Assembly: GCA_028534125.1 (NCBI GenBank) | Contig: CM052817.1 | Location: 13,270,001-13,334,000, forward strand | Origin: Lama glama | Lineage: Eukaryota | Length of the DNA: 64,000 bases | Reading direction: 5' to 3' | Shown here: positions 14,501-28,657 of the stretch, piece after piece | Layout: the number at the start of each line of letters is the position of its first letter | How positions within the stretch are numbered: the first letter of the stretch is position 1 | The notes under the pieces: model-generated | What the model was told of the DNA's origin: nothing | The model's database searches: none | The model's input: only the letters and a program-made list of their open reading frames with translations | Program-made: the position numbers and the translations under genes

Positions 14501-16625
14501 TAATGATGTAAAATTATTATTAACTTAAATGGCTAACAAATAGGGAATGATGGATGAAATATGGTGCATTTTGGGATAATTGAATGTTACGAAAACATTA
14601 AAAATAATGTCTTTCAAAAAATTTAATGATATAGGAAAACATAGATGATACGATATTTAATGGAAAAGATTCAACTTAAAATTCTCTACACCATGAGATT
14701 TCAATTATGTAAAGTAAATATGCATGCAAAAAAACTGAAGTGAAATTTAGTGATCTTAGTAGTATATTATGACTTTAACTTTCTTCCTTACATATTTTGT
14801 AAATAGCTTAAGCTTAAATTTCTCTTTAATATGAACAAAATAACTTCTGTTTTTTGGAGGGGGAGAATTATGCCTTAACATTGCAAGTTAGAGAAGGGAC
14901 TGTACCTTTTGTGGGAGAAAAGAAGAGGCAGGAACTTGGGGATTAGCTCAATGTGGACGACTAGAAAGAAAGTGAAGCCATAAACTGAGAAAAAGTAGAC
15001 TGAGAATCAGCATCATACAGTGTCACCTCCAAGGGAAGAATGATTGTTCACAATATCAAATGCTACAGTGAGTTCAAGAGTAGTGAAGACTGAGGAAACC
15101 CACTGCCTATAGAGAATGGGAGGTCAGAGGGTGAGCCCTGAGAATGTTGAAGAAAACAGGCTCAAACGATCAAACAAAAGATCAAAATTTAGGCAATTTG
15201 ACTTAACCTCCATTTATTTTGATCTGATGTTCATTAAATGTTTGTAATACATATATGTCAGAGTATTACCAGTATTCAGTAAAGATGAGTCAATGTATAG
15301 GACACATATAGTCTATTACATATATTATATTTATACATAACTACATCAGTATAAATGTACAGATGTATGTATGGGCGTGTATATGTATTTTTTAAAATTC
15401 AGGCAGGAAAATGGAACTCAGGCCAAGTATTTCAACAGAAGGATTTAATATGACGAATGAGTTAAACAGTTGTAGGAAGTGACACAGAGACTAGAAAGCT
15501 GCTTCCACCTCCAGGGCTACAAAGAACTAAGGAGATGACGTTATTCGAAGCCAGGAGCTGGCCCTTAGCGGGAGCTGAAGTTAACAAAGAGATGAGACCA
15601 TTGCGGAGGATGTCCCCTGGCGCAGAAAACGGGAAAATAACCCGACTGCCCCACCTTCAGTCTCCCACCAGTGCCTTTCACCCACCAAGTCTCACAACAG
15701 CCAGTCAGCAAGTAAGCCTGGGATAGGTGGTTCAAGGAGTCATGCCCCTGGGATGCAGAGCAGAAGCGAGGAGAACGGGATGGAAAATACTAGGATTTTC
15801 ATACGGGTAGAAATGAGGCTTACAGGCAACATTTTTTTTTGATAGACTAAAATATTTACCAAAACATTTTATTTCAGTATGTTATTTTGAGTCTTTCATT
15901 GCTAGGTTGGTAAAATTGAGCTGAATCATGGAGTAGATAATGTTAGAGGGTTATTTTCAACTCTCAGATTTTAGTGCATCATAAAAATACTTCGGTTGTG
16001 TTTAAATGCACTTTGCTGTGGTGGTTTCCACATGAAATATTCACGTAATGGATTGACAGAGTCCAGACAGTCTTACTGAAAATATCTATAGCACTTGTGG
16101 GTTTAGAATGTAAACTTTTTCCTCAGAAAAAGCTTCAAAATTAATTTTCTGCATATGCCATTTTTTCAACCTATAGTATGCTTTCTATAGAGGAAAAGGT
16201 TTATAAAATTTAATATTCCACAATAATTTCTTTTCTGGAAGAGTTATAACTACCTCTAAAGAATGTTCTACACCCATTCAGTGTTACAGTGTGTTTTTCT
16301 CGCTGATATTGAAGTTAGTAAAATGTATTCCCAGCTTAGTTTCTTACAGGTGTTCTCTCTTTTATACAAAGTCCAGCCTTAAATATTAATAAACCTGCAA
16401 TACCTAAAAATCAGAATATTTTATTGCTTTCACATTTGTTTTTATTCCCAATTTTGCTCCACTTTTAGGGCACAGCAAGCACAATGAATTTTAGTAGTCT
16501 TTTTTTGAGAAAAAAAAGAAAGTATCACTCATGAAATACGTCACCTTTGCTTCTTGACATGGCTTGAATTAAACATATCTGAGAGCTCCCATTTCTATTT
16601 TAAAAATGGATTTTTTTCGTTACAG

Positions 16626-16697
16626 ACGTTTGGAACAGAACTCAATCAAGGTCATCCCTCCTGGAGCTTTCTCACCGTATAAAAAGCTTAGAAGAAT
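16626..16697 (+). CDS. SLIT2: SLIT2 exon 10 (72 nt, one LRR of D2)
   Basis: ttacag|ACGTTTGG...AGAAGAAT|gtgagt; reads (I)[23 protein letters not shown](I); phase 2-2. Confidence 0.96.
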
Positions 16698-17203
16698 GTG
16701 AGTGAATAATATTCTGAAATCAATGTAATTTTTAAAAAATTATACAGGTCATGACCATGCAGAGACACCCATTTAAGTATGAATATTTAAATGTTTGACA
16801 GCTTAACTAAGAAGCAGTGTGACTATCTGATTGCTAGTTCTATAATATTGTAATGTTAAAAGCCAAACTATTCATTTTTTTAAAGTTCTCTGTAATTCAG
16901 CATATTAAGTCACACTAGTATGAATGGATGTGGTCAATATATTACGCAGCTGCATTCTTAATATTCTAGTTTCAAAAATAAGACAAAGGGCATCCTTAAT
17001 AATAATTTAGGAAAACGGCCAACAGTTGATTAAAACGTGTGATTTTTTAAAAATTTAGGATGTTTCACATGTTTCATGTTGTGAATGTTATACATGTACT
17101 GATAGGTGCAAAACTGACATGTAACAGCAATAAATAGCTTTCTCCTGCGGTAAATCTCACTGACTTTCTATTTAATTTAACCTAACTCTATTTTTAATCT
17201 TAG

Positions 17204-17275
17204 CGACCTGAGCAATAATCAGATCTCTGAGCTAGCGCCAGATGCCTTCCAAGGACTCCGCTCCCTGAATTCACT
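17204..17275 (+). CDS. SLIT2: SLIT2 exon 11 (72 nt, LRR of D2)
   Basis: tcttag|CGACCTG...TTCACT|gtaagt; [23 protein letters not shown](L). Confidence 0.96.
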
Positions 17276-19439
17276 GTAAGTATTGACCACATCATGGAAG
17301 GAAAGCAGAATGCACGATGAACAGTGGCTTTTTATTTTATATTTGGATTTAAAAAAATACTCCTTTAAGTTTTTTATTATGGATTATTAATAATAATTAT
17401 TAGATTCATTAACGAATGTCATCATTTTTATGGAGAACTGCTCCCTGTCACTGAAATCAGCCAATAGGGGTATATATTTTAGGATTTGATAGTTAGAGAG
17501 CAAGAGCCCCCCTTTTGGACAGTGCTGTCTTTCCGAAGTAAAAGGAAAATGTTTATTTTGGCGTGCTCTTGTCTGTGCTGTTTATAATCCTTAAGCCAAT
17601 AGCCGCTGTCTCTGGGGATGGTATCGGTTCCTTTAGAACGATGCTGAGTGAAGTCTTGCAGAGAACAGTTGAAGATGGCCAGTAGGGGCCCCTCAACCCT
17701 CTGCTTCATCACCTTAAGACTTCCCTGAAAGAACCAGCTTTAATGTCTCAAAGGACAAAGATAAGAGGGTATGACAGCTTTTTAATGTCAAAGGGACTTC
17801 CAGGGAGATAGCTATGAAAATTAAAGTGGTTCTATTGTGTATTTATAAAGGCTGTTTTTCCTTCAGACTTGTGCAAAATCTTCAGAAGTCCACCAAGAAG
17901 AGTAACCTTTATTTCAAAGTTTAATTTTAAAGTTTGAAAATGAAGCCTGGTTTTTTTTTTTTCTTTTGAGTCGATGCTTAGAGAAGGGTTCCTATTGATG
18001 TAAGTTACTGTAGGGCTCTTAGGAATTTCAGAAGTTGACGGTACCCAGTGAGAATTTCAGGATACACCTGTGTGAACACCTGGGGTTTGTATAACAGTTT
18101 ACACTCATACCAAGGGGACGAGATAGACCCACCCACCTAGGCACATGGATGTTCAGGTGGCTAGGCTGCTCTGCTCAGAAAAATGCAATTTTCTTTGAAG
18201 AAAAGAAATTCTAGAAAACTATCACTTCACCTGCAGTATCTGCCTAAGTTCATTTTTGATTTTTTGTTTTGTTTTGTTTTGGGCTTTCTTTTTAATAGAT
18301 GAAGTCCAAAACCAGGGGAACACCTGTTGGCAGAAAATGTGCAGCGCAGTCATGCATTGCCCTCAGGGTAGGCTGTCAGATTGTAAACTCACAAAGCTCA
18401 ATGAAAACTCTATTAAATCACCCAAATTGTCCCTAAAGTACTGTGCATACCTTCCTGGGCAGTAATACTATCCAAGGTAAACACAGGTAACCTCCCAGCC
18501 TTACAAAAGGACAGAATAAAAGTCAAGTCAGTATACGAATTCCTGGTGCTTCAAGCATCTGTGACCCAAAGATAACCATTAAATGTCAAAAAAAAAAGGG
18601 GGGGGGGGATGGAGAATTATTTATATCTGCTTGCTTGCAGAGTTTACTTTTAAGTTGCCTTAATAATGTTGACACTTGTGGTTGTGAGAATTAAATGATA
18701 AAAAGAAACAGTAAAATAAAGTAGACAATAAATTAATTATATTATTTATCACAGTGAATTCCATTATATTTATTAAAAATATATTATAATTGATTATTAT
18801 AACTTATCATGTACTAATCAATATACACATAATAAACTAATGGCAAATAGTAAAAGAAATGACAACACGTAGGAGAACACGCTAGCTGAATTGGGATCTT
18901 AATCATCGTGATCAGGGCTCTCATGTACACAGTTCTTTTGGAAAACAGAAGAAAAGTATGATTTTTCCTTGTGGGAGTGCATTTTAGCCAGGGCGTTAAA
19001 TCACTGAGGAATTTCCAGTTCAAACCATAGCAGTACCTGGAAAAATAAGAACTGCTCTCCAGAAATGGAATATTCATGTAACACCTTAAAACATTATAAA
19101 ACAAACCAACTAGGAGAGAATCAAATCGCTCTACTATCGTAGAGAAAGTCCACATATTATAACTGGTACCATTTTCCGCATTGTGTTCATGTTCCAGATT
19201 GGCCTCCCAAAGGTTAAATTATTTACCCCCTCCAAAAAGCATGTAACTACCCAGATTTGCAGTAGCCCTTTTCGTCACATAAACACAATCAGCAGAAACA
19301 TATTGGGCCCCTCCGGTGTCCTCGTCCCCATGTGAGGCTCTGAGTAGGCGTGCATGAACGAAACACAAAAACGCCGCCCTCGTGGAGGTGACCCCTGATA
19401 ACTGTACAATGGACAAAAAATATAGTACATCTGATGTAC

Positions 19440-19770
19440 TATGCACTGTGAAGGAAAATTAAGAAAGGAAAGAGGGTAAGGAATGCCAGGGGAGAGGAGA
19501 GTTGACATTTTAAATAGAATGATTCACAGAGGCCCCCAAGGAAGTGATATTGAGCAAAGATCGAAAGTTGCAATCGTAGGAGTGAGCTGTGCAGGTAAGT
19601 AGAGAAAGAGCATTCAGGACACAGGGGACAGCCAATATTAGGGCTCTGAGGCAGAAGGATGCTGAGTGTTTCAGGAAAGAGAAAGAAAAAGTCATTATGA
19701 CCAGAGGGGAGCAGATTCCAGAAAGGCGTGAAGTGACTTGGGAGTGCGGAGATAAACCTGCAAGACTGAT
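19440..19770 (-). mobile_element. L2 fragment
   Basis: Purine-rich L2-like segment (ggaagtgatattgagcaaagatcgaa...agagcattcaggacacagggga). Confidence 0.55.
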
Positions 19771-22405
19771 ACAAATGGGCAACATTTCTTTTTTTAAATG
19801 AGATTTTTTACTTATTCAGTTTTCTTCTATATATCTTTCTGGACCTGTATTCAGTTATTTAGCCAGCTTAATTTAATTACTACATTTGCTAAAGAAGTGA
19901 AAATATTTAAAGACGATATGATGCCTAATGCATTTTATTTAATAAATTACTTTGTTGTTACCAAACTAGTATATCTTAGAGACAACTGGTCTTGATCTGT
20001 TGAATGTTTTTTAAGGTCTCTCCTGTTAAATTCATTAACATTTATTTATTTTTATTAACATTAATTTTGTTACATTTTATTATATATCATTAGTATATTG
20101 ACATACTTTATTATATAACATATTACCTATAATTAACAAAACATCATTCAAGATACATGCATCTGTGAAATCATTTTATCCTCAAGGCTTTTTCTTGCCT
20201 TCACTGTGACATCAACAAAATTTCCATAACATTTAATCATCATTTATTAAGAATTCAGCATAAAAGTACACTTAGCGTTGTCTCTAAGTTTTTTTTTTTT
20301 TCATTTACTGGTTGAAAACTTACCTTTATATTAACAAAATCAGAAGCGCTGTAGCAGAGTAGCAAGTGGCTAAGCATATAGCTCCTGGAACCCTGGGTGG
20401 CTTGTATTCTGACGAAGGCTCTCCTAGGTAGTGGAGCTAGTTCCTAATTTCCTGTGCTTCCATTGTCCCCTCTCTAAGGTGGGAACAGGATTATTCCTCT
20501 CCTGGCTTTGTTAAAGCACAGAGGAAGCTTTCCAGAGATAATATATATGACCGTGATAAATTCTCCTTATACTTACCAATCTGTATGTTTCTGGGTTTTA
20601 ATTACCCGGGGAATTTTTATGCCCATGATCCTCAGGTTTTCAGTCACCTTTCCCAGACTACTGTAGTTCACTAACTCTCATTTCCTCTCTTCACTCACCA
20701 GCTCCCAAATTCCACCGGGGTTTACAGTGAAAGGCTTGATTGCTGCGTTTGCATTTCCTGCAGGCTCTTCTTGGACTGATGTTAACTCTTCTGCAGGACC
20801 TTGCATTTTCCACTGGTTTTCAATGAAACCCTAGCGACCTCTGCCTTCTCTTTACTGTACTCTCTTTCAAATTGCCTAGTCTTTTAATTCAAACAAATAT
20901 TAATCAAATACATATGGCTTTTCATTTGTAAGTATAGCTTTCTGACACCTGTTTGGTTAATAAAGCCTGCCCTTAGCACCTTTCTCATGATAGCCATCAT
21001 ATAGGTTTCTATTTGGGGCATTTTTTTTTTTCTTTTAAGTTGGAGTTTGGTGTTCTGCCAGCTTTCACAAAGGCAGGAGAAGCCGAAGACTGGCCAGCAG
21101 TGGTTGCTGTGTCTTCCTGTCCCAATACTGAAACTCAGCAGAGTGAAACTGGTTTTAATATTCTTCTTAGCCTTTCTTCTAGTAGCAGGTACAAAATCTG
21201 CCTTGAGATTTCCCCATTGTTCCAAAGGACTATAAGAATTTCTCTATGAGCATAATAGTACACCGTATAACGTATGCAGAATATAGTATGCAGTGTAAGA
21301 ATATATAAGAAAACTGTAGCAAAGCTACGCACCGTGTCATTCTTGGCATTTGGATATTATCCATATCCCTCATGTATTTATTTTCTTTTCACTTAAATTC
21401 ATTTTTATCTTTCGATTCTTTTTTTTTAATTTTCATCCTCTCTTATGAGCTTAGCAAGATTCTCACTGGCCTTCTTGCACTTTGTATCTTTCTGTGATAA
21501 TATGCCTTTCCCTCATTTTTATAGATTTTGGCCTTATTTTCTTGGCTGCCATCCAATTTTTCTGTCCTGCTCTTTGGATTTTTGCTATTTTTTAAATTCC
21601 TTTTTCCTTCCTACCGTTTTGATTTCCCTGTGGGTAAGAAAACCATATTCAGCCCTAGTACTGCTATACCTTTTTGTGGAGAAATCACATCCCCATAATA
21701 TCTAGCTTTCCTTTATTGTAATGTTTTTAAGGCAGTCATTGTACCCAATACCACCTACACTTACAGATTTCCTACATCTTTTTGTGACTTCTTTTTTTCC
21801 CTCATGTACCCAAATTGTCTCATTAATAGTAAGCATCTATTTTTTTTAACATGACCTTCAAGAAAACAGAATAATTTTTTGGAAAAGAAAATATTTTCAC
21901 CATGTAAGTCTGACACCCCTCCTGGCTGGTCCTCCTTTCAAGCTATTTGAGCCAACCTTTGAAACAGAAGTCCCAAGTCAACAACCTACTAAACCATTCA
22001 TCCCTTGATGCTGATGTGGGAACCCCACAATTTGTTTGCATCCTGTCTTCCTTTTAGCTCTCAGTGGGTTCAAAATGTGAAACTCCTTCAATATTCAAAA
22101 GAGCCCTTTGGGGTGGCTCTTTGAAGCCATTTATTCATTTTAGTTGTATCAGTGGTTGGCATACAGGAAAATGGTGACCACTGAACAAGTAACAGTTGGA
22201 TTCAGTTTAATTGGGTACCAAGCTTCGAACCTGGCAAAGTTCCCGGCACGTAATGAGGGTACAGTATCTATTGCTGAATGCATTGATTGAATGGTATTGA
22301 ACTGAATATCTTGAATCAGTGCTGTCTTGAACTGACCATTTGTTTCCTAAAATTCTCCTATTCTTGACCTTAAAACATGTATTTATTATTGCTTTATCCT
22401 TTCTT

Positions 22406-23338
22406 TTTTTTAAACATTTTTTATTGATTTATAGTCATTTTACAATGTTGTGTCAAATTCCAGTGTTCAGCACAATTTTTCAGTCATTCATGAAAATATA
22501 CACACTCATTGTCACATTTTTTTTTCTGTGAGTTATCATAACATTTTGTGTATATTTCCCTGTGCTATACACTGTAATCTTGCTTATCTATTCTACAATT
22601 TTGAAATCCCAGTCTATCCCTTCCCACCCTCCACCCCCCTGGTAACNNNNNNNNNNNNNNNNNNNNNNNNNNNNNNNNNNNNNNNNNNNNNNNNNNNNNN
22701 NNNNNNNNNNNNNNNNNNNNNNNNNNNNNNNNNNNNNNNNNNNNNNNNNNNNNNNNNNNNNNNNNNNNNNNNNNNNNNNNNNNNNNNNNNNNNNNNNNNN
22801 NNNNNNNNNNNNNNNNNNNNNNNNNNNNNNNNNNNNNNNNNNNNNNNNNNNNNNNNNNNNNNNNNNNNNNNNNNNNNNNNNNNNNNNNNNNNNNNNNNNN
22901 NNNNNNNNNNNNNNNNNNNNNNNNNNNNNNNNNNNNNNNNNNNNNNNNNNNNNNNNNNNNNNNNNNNNNNNNNNNNNNNNNNNNNNNNNNNNNNNNNNNN
23001 NNNNNNNNNNNNNNNNNNNNNNNNNNNNNNNNNNNNNNNNNNNNNNNNNNNNNNNNNNNNNNNNNNNNNNNNNNNNNNNNNNNNNNNNNNNNNNNNNNNN
23101 NNNNNNNNNNNNNNNNNNNNNNNNNNNNNNNNNNNNNNNNNNNNNNGCATATAATGACACTTTTACCTCTTCTTTTCCAATTTGGATCCCTTTTATTTCT
23201 TTCTCTTGCCTGACTGCTGTGGCTAGGACTTCCAGGACTATGTTGAATAGGAGTGGTGATAGTGGGCATCCTTGTCTTGTCCCAGATTTTAGTGGGAAGC
23301 TTTTGAGTTTTTCACCGTTGAGTACTATGCTGGCTGTA
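22406..23338 (-). mobile_element. Young 5'-truncated LINE-1 interrupted by an assembly gap
   Basis: The left part resembles the 3' UTR of the 3455 copy. The right part translates openly as [64 protein letters not shown] (RT core). Perfect 16-bp TSD TGCTTTATCCTTTCTT at 22390-22405 and 23339-23354. Confidence 0.95.
22647..23146. other. Assembly gap (500 N)
   Basis: Run of exactly 500 N. Confidence 1.
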
Positions 23339-24862
23339 TGCTTTATCCTTTCTTAATTCCCTTACCTGCTTGGCCCTGACTGGATCTCTCTTTCATTCTT
23401 AATTTTTTTAAATTGTTTCTTCTCTAATCGACTTAATGTTTTTAAAAAACATTTATGTTCTGCACAGATGAATGTTTATGCCATGCTATATAACTGTACC
23501 CCTGAAATCTATACAAATGGAAGGTCTCTGTACACAGCACAGCAGCCAGCTTTATTTACTCCCTTGCGAGTTTTCTTCGTAATTGTAATAAATCTCATCT
23601 GCCACTGACATTTTAAAAGGGAACAGCTTTTCCTCACTCTGATTCATCTCTCTTGTATTGTTATTTTCCTTCCTTCCAAACAGAAGTCATATACAGCTGC
23701 CAAACATATTAATTATTTTGATTCTCATTCCACCTTTTCCTTTTCATTTTATGACATCCATTTGTTTTTTCCAAAAGTAATATATGCCCATTATAGAGAA
23801 TATTTTAAAAAATAAGGAAAATATAGATACAAAAGCAAATGACCTCTGGATGGCAAATCATCTGCCAGCCAGAGACTTTTCACTTTTTTTCTATGTATAT
23901 ATTTTTTCTAAACAAATTTAAAGTTATACCATAATATATTCTTTTGTATTATGCTTTTTAAACTTAACATTAAATCATGAACACTTTCATGTCACTAAAA
24001 ATTCTTCAAAACATGAATTTTATCAATGTGAAATATACATTTAGCTAACCCCCTTTTTAGGGACTTTGATACATTTAATTTATATTTAATTTTTCACTGT
24101 TATAAATTATGCCATGATTAACATTTGGTATACTGCGCTTGTCTCCAATTATTTTCTTAACCTCTTGAGAGAAACTACTAAGTTAAAATTTATAGAAACA
24201 TCTTTATGGTTCAATATGCTGCCAAATTGTCCCTCTAAAAATATAATTTTCTACATTTTCGTACACATGATTGTGGTCCACTACCTTCCTTTGGAAGCTG
24301 AAAATAAATGGGTACCATTGCAGACCCATGGGTATCAATAGCCAACATGATGAGTCAGCCATTTCAATTTATTTGAAATCTCATCATTTCACCCCTTTTG
24401 TGAATAAGGTAATTTATTTCTTAATTTGTTCCTCTGCTAATCTGTTACTTCATTGTACTCTTCAAATAATACTCACTCATCAGTCCAATGTTAGAACATC
24501 ACTGTGTGCCAAAACCTAGGCGCCAGGTGTGCTGCAGTAATTAGGTCACGGTCCTTGCCCTTGGTGGCCACTCTAGTGGCTGATCAGGGGCAGGCGCAGG
24601 AGGATGGCTTCCTATTCCTGTTTCCTCAAGGAACATACATTTAAAAAACTGTCCTTTTTCAGTATTATCACTCCCTTTGCAAATGTTACGTTTCCGAAGC
24701 GTATACATTATACGTTTAAAATGAAAATGTTACTGTTATGTGGATCCCTTTCACTATTTGCCATTATGATAATCCCAAAAGTCATCCCTTTAATGAACAG
24801 TGGATTCCACATGTAGTGTTCACCTTCATTATACACTGTGTGCTGTTGTTACATATGAACTT

Positions 24863-24871
24863 TGTGTGTGT

Positions 24872-24907
<36 letters not shown>
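24863..24907. repeat. (TG)n microsatellite
   Basis: Near-perfect TG run. Confidence 0.95.
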
Positions 24908-24910
<3 letters not shown>

Positions 24911-25198
24911 AAAACATGACAGTTTTAACAGTGAACATGTCTATGAAAAGACAATAAAATTATAAATTGTGTTAATTTATCTGTTTTCCTATGTTTTCCA
25001 AAGTTTCTACCATAAGCATAAATCTAATCTATCATCAGAGAGAAAACATTTGCAAATTGAAGCTTGCTTACTCAGCTATGACTCCTATGATGTATGGAGT
25101 GCTTCGTAAGCTCCTGTATGCCTGAATACATATGTTTTAGGTGGATTTGTTTTGCTGGTTGGTGTCTAATGTTTTCCACTTAAATCATGTTTTTCCAG

Positions 25199-25270
25199 AG
25201 TCCTCTATGGAAATAAAATCACAGAACTCCCAAAAAGTTTATTTGAAGGACTGTTTTCCTTACAGCTACT
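25199..25270 (+). CDS. SLIT2: SLIT2 exon 12 (72 nt, LRR of D2)
   Basis: ttccag|AGTCCTC...GCTACT|gtaagt; [23 protein letters not shown](L). Confidence 0.96.
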
Positions 25271-28044
25271 GTAAGTATTTGATTATTTCTGATCTGTTGA
25301 ACCTAAATATTGTATTTTAGTCCATGTACCATCTCATATTTTCATGGAGCCTTCAGAATAATTCAACTCAAAATGACTTAGTTTAATGAAATGGAAAAGA
25401 TTAGTCTGGTGGTACTAACATTGATGATGGTTATTTATTTGAAAACATAGCACTTTGAAATTGTCCCCAAACCTTTCTTTCCACGGTGTCTTTAATCTGG
25501 GCATCCTGGCTCTTCTGTCATTTAAAGCTTGTGCAATCCTTGCCCTTTGGGAAACTTCTCTGTTTTGATTTAACAATAGTTGGGAGAAAAAAAAAGACAT
25601 AGTGATCTGTTTATCCATCTTTGTCTGAAGAACCTGTAGGCATGACAATGCTGGAAAACATGCCCCAACACAGAGATGGTGTGCAGTAGGCCAGAACATG
25701 GTGGTAACACTCCGGCTAATCTTCCGAGAGAGAATTATCCATCAGTTTCCTCAATTTTATCTTTAAAGACCACTCTGCTTAGAGAATAGATACTACTCAT
25801 TTGTCTCAAAAGAAGTATTTATGATGCATATTTAAAAGGAAAGACTTGACCCCAGATGTCTTAATGAATGCTCATATGAAAATGAGATTGAAAAAATATG
25901 CTAATACAAAGATTGTCATTCTTGGATCATCAAAATCTGTTCAAATCACCGAACGCTTACAGCTTACCCATTTGGGGCACACGCTGACCTAGCTTCTGTA
26001 GATAAACAGATGAGTGTGATGTGATTTTTCCCTCAGCTAGCTCACAGTCAGTCAGCTTTAAAATTCTCAAGTTAAGAATGCTGTTTTCTCTTTGGGGTGG
26101 ATGCATTTGTTGGCGTTGGGGTCTGTATGCTTTATTTGGTAAAAAATGTATTCCTAGTGCCACAACCTTCCGAAATGTAGATTTTTTTTCTTTACTTGAT
26201 AAATCTGTGTTTATAATTACATCCTATTATCCACACTTTAAACTCCTCATTATTATGCAGAAACATATTTTATATCACAACCCAGTTCACACACATATAC
26301 ACACATGTAAATGAAGCAGATTATTAACAAAACAAGATTTGACCTCACTATGTGTAGTACCATCAATTCTGTTCCTTTCTCTCTTCCTCTTAAGGCTACT
26401 TAGACCAATAAATTGATTTTATAACAAACCAATCAGTCTTGATGAGTACTGACTTTTGTGATCTAGTGACTTTATTTGGACATCAGTTTATTTTTGAGCC
26501 ATTGCATTGAAGTTAGCAAAAGTTTCTGATCCTGAGTAAGATGGCACTATACACACCGTAGACAGAGCTGGATGCTACAGCCTTGTGCTTCTCTGTCATT
26601 CTTCCACATTTCCTAGCATCATTCTCATCGCCATTTACTTGCCATCTCTTTTGCTATCACCATCCTGCCAAGCACCAACACTTAAAATAGCACCTTCTTT
26701 TTCTTTTTCTTTTCACGTACACTTACTGGTAGTTGATGTAACAAATGGGTTATGACCCTGAGAGTCTGTATGTCAATCAACCTTACTTAAAAAGCCAGAT
26801 TTGCCCCTCTGGCTAAAGTCCTATCTCTAGACTCAGGCCCCTTCTTAAACCTGTGACACGACCATCCCTTTCCATGTAGCTGAGAAGTTGGCCAGGGTAA
26901 ACATCTTAGATCTGCTTGAACAGATGAGACATTGGGAAGAAGGAGTAGATAAATGGAAGAAACAAAAGAAAGTGGTATTCAGTATTTTCCCCCTAATTCC
27001 CAGACCACAGAGATGAAAATGAAGAACAAAAATCTCAGGTCAGCAACTTTCTTTAGTTCCAGGCTCCCCACCCTTTCCTTGTCCTCAGCATCCTGCTCTC
27101 TAACTCCTTTCCCAGTTAGCCAACAAGTTTGGGAACATGGTCTGCGTGACTTGTGTTATAGCCCAGAGTGGGGAGAGATAGGACTAACCAGTCCATATGT
27201 CAAACCAGACCTCTATGCTCTTAGGAGAGCATTATGTAGACCACAAAGAAGGCCAAAATTCAGCTCCCGAGGGGTGATAAAAAAAGAGTGCAGCGAAGAG
27301 AACCATCACGAGGAAGCCATGGCTTTGCAAGTACATAGAGTTGAGGTCTTAAAAAAGCAAGCAAAACTGAAATACTCTGTGTTAATTATGGATAGAGATT
27401 CTTTTAGGCAAATGGGAAGAACATTTTTCAGCGTGTTAGATAAGAAGGCATCACACCTCAACTGCATAGCGCATATTTTTTAAGCTACTAAATGTGTGTC
27501 AAAATCCTCAGTATCAAAGCTCTGAACTAAATATGATAGAGGAAAAGAAGCATCAAAAAAATTTCACTGCCCGCAGAGGGTCAAACTGTCTTTGGGCAAA
27601 CACGCAGGCCTGTGTAAGACAGGCGACCAGACTCAGCAGCACTGACCAACTTCCCTTGGGACCTGGAGGAAGGAGTACATTCGTTGGGTGGAAGTTGTGT
27701 TCTGGAAGATTCTTGTTTGGGAAAAGGTGGGCCTTCTGCAAGGCCTTGATAGACCAGAAGGTTGAGGAGCCTGAACGCAGGGCAAGTGTACTCCCAAAGG
27801 TGAGTCAGGCGTGAATCAAATCTCAGACACAATGACATATGACCCACAAGAATGCCGTTTGTCCAGGTCTGATCTGTAAACCACGCTTCCAGATGTGGGA
27901 ATGTGGGTGTAGAATATTGATAAGATACGTGAGAAAAAACAAGTTTGTGGAATATTGTGCTAAACCGAGCGAAACGAATGTCTATAATGCAGAATGAGGG
28001 CCTTCCCCATGGCAGTGCCACTCTTCAAGAGAGCTACAAAGTAT

Positions 28045-28650
28045 TCATTCAACAACAGATATTTACTGAGCACCTAGTATGTGCTAAGCCCATGGGAAAC
28101 AAAAATAGACTAATATCCCTGCCTGCCGTCTAGAGTTTATACCCTTGGGGGAGGGTTTATGCAAACTGCGGTCAACAAGAACCTCATAAATAAGGCAACC
28201 ACATATAACAGAAATGTGTATTTAAGAAAATGGAAAAAGTTGGTCAAAGCAAAGGAATTGAGAGTGCTAGGGATAGGGGGCGGGGGGCTAAGACAGGCAG
28301 GCAGGCGGTGTTGGAGAGAGTGGTCGGGGTAGGCTGCATGGAGAAGGTGAGATTTCAGCAGACTCAAAGAAGAAACATAGTTAACCAGGTAGACACATCT
28401 CAGAGAAGAGCCTTCCAAGCAGAGAAGAGAGTCTGGCAAGGAGGCAGGAGCTCCTGTGTGGCTGGAGCTAAAACAGTCAGAAAGAGAAAACTTGGAGGTT
28501 GCAGAGTTCAGAGGGCACCAAAGATCCCTTTGGGCATTCGAGGCCTATGGTCAGGCCTTCAGAGCAAATTGAGAGTTGTTGCCAGGTGCTAAGACCGGAG
28601 TGATGTGATCAGATCTATGTTTTAGAAATCTCACTCTGGCTGCCCTTTTA
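28045..28650 (-). mobile_element. L2 fragment
   Basis: ttcattcaacaacagatatttactgagcacctagtatgtgc is the L2 3'-end signature; ends tttagaaatctcactctggctgc. Confidence 0.75.
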
Positions 28651-28657
28651 AGACTCT

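Noticed and set aside
1..16625. Further SLIT2 exons before exon 10, or after exon 26 (56173-64000)
   Set aside because: I found no splice-bounded segment encoding the D2 N-cap or the first EGF repeat; an unannotated microexon cannot be excluded by eye.
18588..18608. A10-G11 homopolymer junction
   Set aside because: Simple mononucleotide runs, error-prone in sequencing, with no further structure.
22450..23269. Four long ORFs (178-234 aa) in the ORF track
   Set aside because: Artefacts of translating through 500 N.
26953..28021. 176-aa, 106-aa and 146-aa ORFs in intron 12
   Set aside because: No recognisable domain or supporting gene structure; probably chance ORFs.
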